A DNA stretch of 64,000 bases from contig OZ241889.1 in assembly GCA_965203355.1 (NCBI GenBank), positions 2,656,001-2,720,000 on the forward strand, given 5' to 3'. Positions 58,207 through 64,000 of this stretch are shown in pieces (position 1 is the stretch's first letter; each line of letters starts with the position of its first letter). The translations under genes and the position numbers were made by a program. The notes beneath the pieces are model-generated. The model was not told the origin of the DNA. It saw only the letters and a program-made list of their open reading frames with translations, and did not search any database. The stretch comes from Candidatus Latescibacterota bacterium. GTDB taxonomy: Bacteria; Latescibacterota; UBA2968; UBA8231.

Positions 58207-58389
58207 GGGAAGTTTCGGAAGGCTTCTCAGTGGATAGTTCGTTTGTCAAGGCTGCAAGCGTTAGTGGTTGCCTGACAAATGTTGCGATATTAGTTCCTTT
58301 ATACCGTTCGTTTTCAGTGCTGTACTTAGGTCTTACTGATTGTTTTTCGAGCCTTTTATTCCGCTTTTCGTTCTTGATTAAGCGTTGCG

Positions 58390-58554
58390 CTATCTACGGT
58401 GCGTTTGAATCTGGTGCAACCCCAACGCGGACGACGAGATTTCAGAAAGCCATAAAGCGTATACAAGAGTAGGTCTTATCGTCAGATTGCCTGATTCTAG
58501 TACTGCTTCCCGTATGGAGCCAATCTTTTTGAAGCGAAATTTGGCAGGTGCCAT
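58390..58554 (-). pseudogene. Decayed N-terminal fragment of an AAA_15/AAA_21-type ATPase
   Basis: AAGGA RBS then MAPAKFRFKKIGSIREAVLESGNLTI; the Walker A segment is missing; across frameshifts the sequence continues TY/LVYAL/GFLK; low GC. Confidence 0.5.
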
Positions 58555-58603
58555 CGCAGGTTTCCTTTAGTAGATAGCCCGTCAACTTGTCGCTCGCTTG
58601 GTA

Positions 58604-59974
58604 CTAAAGCCGGTCGCCAAAGAGGGTGTGCGATGTGGTGCGGGCGATGCGGACGGAGGCGAACTCGTTGCTCGTTGCTCGTTGTGGGAAAATAGCTGTC
58701 TTGCCCTGCGGGGTGCGGCCGTAGTAACGGGGTTGGCCATCGGCGGCGGGCCGCTTGGAGAGGCCCTCGACGAGGACTTCGACCGTGCGGCCAACTTGCC
58801 GCTGATTGATCTGGCGCGAAATCCCCTCTTGCAGGGCGATGATGTGCTGGAGACGCTCGCCCTTGACGGCTTCGGGGACCTCGTCGGGCAACTTCTTGTG
58901 GGCGTACGTGCCTTCGCGCTCCGAGTACTTAAACATGAAAGCCGAATCGTAGCGGATCTCGGCCATTAGGTCGCAGGTTTGGCGGAAGTCCGCGTCGGTC
59001 TCGCCGCAAAAGCCGGTGATAATGTCGGTCGTCAGAGCGAGGTCGGGCAGGGCGGTGCGCAGCTTGTACACGAGCTGTCGGTATTGATCGACGGTGTACC
59101 CGCGACGCATGCGGGCGAGTTGCTCATCCGAGCCGCTCTGCACGGGCAGGTGCAGGCTCGGGCACACCGGACCGACCTCGGCCATAGCGTCGATCACGCG
59201 GTCGGTAAAGTCAACCGGATAGGGCGAGGTGAAGCGCACCCGCTCAATGCCCTCGACTTGGCTGACTTGCCGCAAGAGATCGGCGAAATCCACGTTGCCC
59301 GTGCGGTAGGAATTAACGGTCTGACCGAGTAAGGTGACTTCCTTGAACCCCTCGGCAGCAAGGTGTTGGACTTGACGAACTATATCGTCGGCGGGTACGC
59401 TGCGCTCCCGGCCGCGCACAAAGGGCACAATGCAGAACGTGCAGAACTTGTCGCACCCGCGGATGATGGTCACCCACGCATTGGTGCCGGTTGTGCGCTG
59501 GGGATGGACGCCGCTGTAGTTCTCCGAGCGGTCGAGCCGCACGTCTAAGAGCGCGTCGTCGCTCGATTGGGCGAGCAGTTGGGGCAGGCGGCGGTAGGAA
59601 TCCGGCCCCATGACCAAATCGACAAAAGGAGCGCGGTCCGGCAGGGTTTTGCTCAGGTGTTGGGCCATGCAGCCGAGGATGCCCAAGGTGAGGTTGGGCC
59701 GGTGGGCGCGGAGGCCGTTGAGCTGGCTGACGCGGCCAATGACCCGCTCCTCGGCGTGTTCGCGCACCGCACAGGTATTGAGCAGGATGATGTCGGCCTG
59801 TTCGGCTTGTTCGGTAATCTGAAACCCGGCGTCGGTGAGGATGCTGGCCACCAACTCGCTGTCAGCCACGTTCATCTGGCAGCCATAGGTCTCGATGTAC
59901 ACGCGTCGGCCCGCCGGACCAGGGCGCGTTGCCACGGGCTGGTATTCGGTCGTATCGAGGAGAGGCAAGTTCAT
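58604..59974 (-). CDS. miaB: tRNA-i6A37 methylthiotransferase MiaB
   Basis: ETYGCQMN..DSE, NTCAVRE, GCDKFCTFC, LGQTVNSY, C-terminal TRAM domain. Confidence 0.95.
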   Translation of the reverse strand: MNLPLLDTTEYQPVATRPGPAGRRVYIETYGCQMNVADSELVASILTDAGFQITEQAEQADIILLNTCAVREHAEERVIGRVSQLNGLRAHRPNLTLGILGCMAQHLSKTLPDRAPFVDLVMGPDSYRRLPQLLAQSSDDALLDVRLDRSENYSGVHPQRTTGTNAWVTIIRGCDKFCTFCIVPFVRGRERSVPADDIVRQVQHLAAEGFKEVTLLGQTVNSYRTGNVDFADLLRQVSQVEGIERVRFTSPYPVDFTDRVIDAMAEVGPVCPSLHLPVQSGSDEQLARMRRGYTVDQYRQLVYKLRTALPDLALTTDIITGFCGETDADFRQTCDLMAEIRYDSAFMFKYSEREGTYAHKKLPDEVPEAVKGERLQHIIALQEGISRQINQRQVGRTVEVLVEGLSKRPAADGQPRYYGRTPQGKTAIFPQRATSNEFASVRIARTTSHTLFGDRL

Positions 59975-61290
59975 GGGCGCACTCCAAAAACTAGGTCTTC
60001 GCGGGCCTGCTCGATTTGCACGTCCGCGAATTCGTTGGACCGGGCCGAGCCGGCGAAGAGGACCTTGACGTAGTTATCGCTCAAGCCGACCTGCAAGCCG
60101 GTGGCTGGGTCTGAGCGCCCTTCGGCGAGGACTTGGAGTGTGTGGCCGACAAAGCGCTGGTGGAAGGCAAGCCGCTTGGCTGCGCCGAGGGCAATGAGTG
60201 CTTGGGCGCGCTCCTTTTTGACGGCGGTGTCCTGGTGATCGGGCAGGCGCTCGGCCGGGGTGCCGGCCCGCTGAGAATACGAAAAGACGTGGAGGTACGT
60301 CAGCGGCAGGTCGGCCAACAAGGCGCGCGTCTGGGCAAAATGCGCGTCGGCCTCCCCGGGGAAGCCGACCATGACGTCAGTGCCAATGGCGCAGCCGGGG
60401 ATGTGGCTGGCGATCCGCTCTATCCGCTCGGCGTAATAGGCGCGCGTGTAGCGCCGCCCCATGCGCTTGAGAATGTGGTCGTCACCGCTTTGCAAAGGCA
60501 CGTGGAAATGGCGACAGAGCGCCGGAGAAGCGGCCACTTGGTCAATCAGCGCGTCGGTGACATAACCCGGCTCAATGGAGTTGAGGCGAATGCGCTCCAA
60601 ACCGTCGATTTGTTCCAGCGCGGCGAGGAGTCCGACGAGGGCTTCGGGCTGGCCTTGGTCGAACCCATAGCGGCCCGTGTGGACGCCGGTCAGAGCGAGC
60701 TCGCGGTAGCCGGCTGCGACCATGCGCTGGGCTTGGGCGATGACTGCGGCGGCTGGGCGACTGGCGCTGTGCCCGCGCACCGCTGGGATAATGCAATAGG
60801 TGCAGTGTTCGTCGCAGCCGTCTTGGATTTGTAGGCTGCCGCGGGTGCGGCCTTGGGGCACGATGCCGTCAATGGCGAGAAATTGCTCAGTGCGCGGCCT
60901 CGTTGCCGCGGGGGCGGGGATTTCGGCACCGGCTAGGTGTGCTTCGAGCAACTCGACGAGCTGGGCCTTCTGGCCGTTGCCCACGACCAAGTCGGCCCCG
61001 GCCGCTGCGAGGTCTGTTGGTCTCCGCTGAGCATAGCAGCCCGTGGCGACGATCTCCGCGCTTGGATTGCGCCGCCGGGCACGGCGTACGGCCTTGCGCG
61101 AGTCTGCGTCGCCCGCACCGGTGACCGTGCAGGTATTGACCACGTACACGTCGGCCTCAGAGCCGAAGGGCACGAGCGAATAGCCGCGCTCGGTCAGGCG
61201 GTGGGCGAGGGCTTCTACTTCGTAGGCATTGAGCTTGCAACCTACGTTTTGCAGGGCCACGCGTGGGTTTGCGGATGTTGGAGTGCCCAT
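59971..61290 (-). CDS. mtaB: tRNA-t6A37 methylthiotransferase MtaB
   Basis: GCKLNAYE, NTCTVT, IQDGCDEHCTYC, LTGVH, HVFSYSQR.GTPA. Confidence 0.93.
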   Translation of the reverse strand: MGTPTSANPRVALQNVGCKLNAYEVEALAHRLTERGYSLVPFGSEADVYVVNTCTVTGAGDADSRKAVRRARRRNPSAEIVATGCYAQRRPTDLAAAGADLVVGNGQKAQLVELLEAHLAGAEIPAPAATRPRTEQFLAIDGIVPQGRTRGSLQIQDGCDEHCTYCIIPAVRGHSASRPAAAVIAQAQRMVAAGYRELALTGVHTGRYGFDQGQPEALVGLLAALEQIDGLERIRLNSIEPGYVTDALIDQVAASPALCRHFHVPLQSGDDHILKRMGRRYTRAYYAERIERIASHIPGCAIGTDVMVGFPGEADAHFAQTRALLADLPLTYLHVFSYSQRAGTPAERLPDHQDTAVKKERAQALIALGAAKRLAFHQRFVGHTLQVLAEGRSDPATGLQVGLSDNYVKVLFAGSARSNEFADVQIEQAREDLVFGVRP

Positions 61291-61359
61291 AAGTCCGTTA
61301 GGGAAAACGAGATAAACAGTTAAACCTAACGATCAGCCCCTGCTGGGGCAATGGGCCGC

Positions 61360-63576
61360 TCAGGCGGGTTCGAGCTGGGCGTACGCGACCGCAATGCGTT
61401 TGGTCCGCGTCCCAAAGCGGATGGAGAGCTTCATCTTTTCGCCGTGCCCTTCGCGGCTGACGATCTGCCCACGCCCCCATTGGGGGTGGCGCACCCACTG
61501 GCCCTCGGCGAGGAAGTCGTCTTGGGCAACGAACTCGTCGAAGTTAGCCGCCTGCTCGGCGTCCCACTCGTAGTGGACGCCTTGGGGGGCCGCGGCCTTC
61601 TTTCGCTGCCGTGGGCCGACGCGCTGCCGCGTGCGGTCCACGCCGCGGTCCAACTCGTAATGCTGGGTCGTTAGCTCGGCTGGGACTTCGCTTAAAAACC
61701 GCGAGGGTTCGGTTGCAAGCAGCGAGCCGTACGCATAGCGACGCCGGGCATAGGTGAGGCTGAGCTGTTCTTGCGCCCGGGTCATGCCCACGTAGCAGAG
61801 TCGGCGCTCTTCTTCAATGGCTGGGGGATCGCCGACAGCCCGCGCCGTGGGAAAGAGATTCTCTTCGAGGCCGCAGACAAAAACCAAGGGGAACTCCAAG
61901 CCCTTGGCACTGTGCAGGGTCATCAAGGTAATGGCGTTGCCCTTGTTGTCGCTTTCGTCCGCCGAGGTCAGCAGGGACTTTTCTTCGAGATAGATCGCTA
62001 AAGTCGCGGCTGGATTCGCGTCTGCGTATTCGGTCATATCAGCGAGTAACTGGTCGAGATTCTGCAAGCGGGCCTCGGCTTCTGGCGTGTTTTCCGCCGC
62101 GAGCATGGCGCGGTATCCACTCTTTTCGACGACGGCAAAGCCTAGTTCGGGCAGGGAGAGTTCATCGGTGGCGGCCATCAGTTCGCCGATCAGGTCCGCG
62201 AAGGCCGCGAGGCTTTTTTGTGCGCGACTGCTGAGGCTGGGCACCTCGTCGAGGTGTTTCAGTGCCGTAGAAAGGCTCCAGCCTTGGGTTTGGGCGAAAG
62301 CCTGCAAGCGCGTAAGCGAGGTGTCGCCAATGCCGCGGCGCGGCGTATTGACGATACGGCGCAGGGCCGTGTCGTCGGCCGGGTTGACCAACAGCCTCAA
62401 GTAGGACAGCACATCGCGGATTTCGCGACGGTCGTAAAAGCGGATACCGCCGATGATCACATAGGGAAGACGGGCGCGTTGCAACTCCTCTTCAAAGGGC
62501 CTCGATTGGGCGTTGGTGCGGTAGAGCACGGCGGCGTCTCCGAGGCTGTAGCGGCCCAAGCGGTCGTAGCGACGGATGGCATCGACGACGTGGCGGGCCT
62601 CACGGCGGTCCGAGTCGCATTCAACAACCGCGACCGGGTCGCCTTCGGGGCCATTCGTCCACAGCGCTTTGCCCTTGCGGCCTTGGTTGTGGCTGATGAC
62701 GGCGTTGGCGGCGGCGAGAATGCGGCCGGTGGAGCGGTAGTTTTGCTCTAACCGCACTAGGCGGGCCTCTGGATAGTCGCGTTCAAAGTCGAGGATGTTG
62801 CGGATGTCGGCCCCGCGAAACTGGTAGATCGACTGGTCGTCATCGCCGACCACGCAGATGTTGCAGTGGAGCGCCGCTAGCTGGCGGCAGAGCAAGTACT
62901 GAGGCCGATTGGTGTCTTGGTATTCATCGACGAGCAAATGCTCAAAGCGCTCTTGGTAGGTTTGCAAAATGTCTGGGTGGCGCTCGAACTGGCGCACGAC
63001 CTCGACGAGCAAGTCGTCGAAATCAAGGGCTTGGTTGCGGCGCAACTCGCGCTCGTAGTCGGCGTAGAGTTCGGCGATTTGCCGTTGGTTCTCGTTTGCT
63101 TGGTGCGCGAATTCTCTGGGGTCGAGCATGGCGTTCTTGGCGCGGCTGATCTGGCTGACGACCGCGCGCGGCGCGAGTTCGCGCTCGTCGATCTGGTGGG
63201 CGTTGAGGACGCGGCGGATGGTGGCGCGGCGGTCGTCTTCGTCGTAGATGGAGAAGTTGGGGTCAAAACCAAAACCCTCGGCCTGACGACGCAGGATGCG
63301 CGCACATATCGAGTGGAAGGTGCCGACCCATAGTTCGGTGGCCGCCGAACCGACGAGCTGCTCGATGCGCTCGCGCATTTCGCCCGCCGCCTTATTGGTA
63401 AAGGTCGCGGCGAGGATGCGCCACGGGGGCACCCCGACTTCTTTGATGAGAAAGGCGATGCGATGGGTGAGGACGCGGGTTTTACCCGAGCCGGCTCCAG
63501 CGAGGACCAACAGCGGGCCGCCCGCGGCCTCGGCCGCCCGGCGTTGCTCTGGATTGAGAGCGTCTAGTATGGACAT
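61360..63576 (-). CDS. uvrD: DNA helicase UvrD/PcrA
   Basis: LNPEQ, AGAGSGKT, TFTNKAA, VDEYQD, GDDDQSIY.FRGA, LEQNYRS, HSAKGLEF, C-terminal VRHPQWGRG Tudor-like domain. Confidence 0.93.
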   Translation of the reverse strand: MSILDALNPEQRRAAEAAGGPLLVLAGAGSGKTRVLTHRIAFLIKEVGVPPWRILAATFTNKAAGEMRERIEQLVGSAATELWVGTFHSICARILRRQAEGFGFDPNFSIYDEDDRRATIRRVLNAHQIDERELAPRAVVSQISRAKNAMLDPREFAHQANENQRQIAELYADYERELRRNQALDFDDLLVEVVRQFERHPDILQTYQERFEHLLVDEYQDTNRPQYLLCRQLAALHCNICVVGDDDQSIYQFRGADIRNILDFERDYPEARLVRLEQNYRSTGRILAAANAVISHNQGRKGKALWTNGPEGDPVAVVECDSDRREARHVVDAIRRYDRLGRYSLGDAAVLYRTNAQSRPFEEELQRARLPYVIIGGIRFYDRREIRDVLSYLRLLVNPADDTALRRIVNTPRRGIGDTSLTRLQAFAQTQGWSLSTALKHLDEVPSLSSRAQKSLAAFADLIGELMAATDELSLPELGFAVVEKSGYRAMLAAENTPEAEARLQNLDQLLADMTEYADANPAATLAIYLEEKSLLTSADESDNKGNAITLMTLHSAKGLEFPLVFVCGLEENLFPTARAVGDPPAIEEERRLCYVGMTRAQEQLSLTYARRRYAYGSLLATEPSRFLSEVPAELTTQHYELDRGVDRTRQRVGPRQRKKAAAPQGVHYEWDAEQAANFDEFVAQDDFLAEGQWVRHPQWGRGQIVSREGHGEKMKLSIRFGTRTKRIAVAYAQLEPA

Positions 63577-63687
63577 GGAGGGATGTCGCTAGACAAGACC
63601 TATCTCAGCGTTTGATTCCGGCACTCGTGTAGCGCCGGTTTTGAATGGATAATTATCAGGGTGATCAAGATGCCTTCAGGTTTATTG

Positions 63688-63909
63688 CTACCGCCGCAAG
63701 TCGCTAAAGGTTGAGGTCGTATGCGTATCTTGCCACGCGACAAAGCCCATCGCCGCGATGACACAAGCCCCTAGCACCAAAATGCCAAAAACCACCAAAC
63801 CCGTCCGGTCCTCTCGATTGGAAGCCAGAGCCGTCATTAGGACCTCGCAGCCTTTAACCACTAAGTAGAAAGCCAGCATATAGGTAATAATCTGCAACAT
63901 CCCGGCCAT
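63688..63909 (-). CDS. Small two-TM hypothetical membrane protein
   Basis: AGGAG RBS; MAGMLQIITYMLAFYLVVKG..., two hydrophobic helices. Confidence 0.6.
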   Translation of the reverse strand: MAGMLQIITYMLAFYLVVKGCEVLMTALASNREDRTGLVVFGILVLGACVIAAMGFVAWQDTHTTSTFSDLRR

Positions 63910-64000
63910 GCGTTTGCTCCTGCTTGGGTTTGGTTGGGTTTTGAGAGAATATAGCCGCAGATCATTGAGCGTCAATTCACGCGCTGGGCTAGCTTGATCC

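Noticed and set aside
58604-63576. uvrD-mtaB-miaB adjacency
   Set aside because: Ordinary housekeeping genes; nothing unusual beyond the two paralogous methylthiotransferases being adjacent.

Overview
This is a high-GC bacterial chromosomal segment. The protein families and C-terminal motifs suggest an FCB-superphylum diderm such as Ca. Latescibacterota or a relative; this is inference, not a database result. In order: (1) groES-groEL behind a near-perfect sigma54 promoter with an IHF-like site. (2) Two SDRs and a divergent glycosylation locus: epimerase, nucleotidyltransferase, HddA-like GHMP kinase and MBL hydrolase on the left; SGNH, YfhO-type and DUF2723/TMEM260-type GT-C proteins on the right. 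(3) A low-GC C5-methyltransferase followed by a truncated HaeII-family endonuclease. (4) PTS IIA plus a translationally coupled trio of degenerate helicase, active UvrD-type helicase and stand-alone Fe-S PD-(D/E)XK nuclease. (5) An unusual sugar ABC transporter transcribed divergently from a ~23 kb same-strand cluster of cell-envelope genes, with LacI-type operator palindromes between them. The cluster encodes an SWGxIK-tailed secreted protein, a lipoprotein, four paralogous PNGDGxND-tailed proteins, a putative Ca-binding outer-membrane barrel, TPR lipoproteins, CRTAC1/ASPIC-UnbV proteins, a double-parvulin PPIase and a His-motif membrane-TPR fusion. It is the best candidate for an undescribed system. 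(6) Tandemly duplicated secreted glucose/sorbosone-dehydrogenase-like proteins, one fused to a di-heme cytochrome c. (7) A type IIG-like RM fusion with a decayed AAA-ATPase remnant. (8) miaB, mtaB and uvrD/pcrA. No rRNA, tRNA, CRISPR array or transposase was recognised. All family assignments come from motif recognition by eye.
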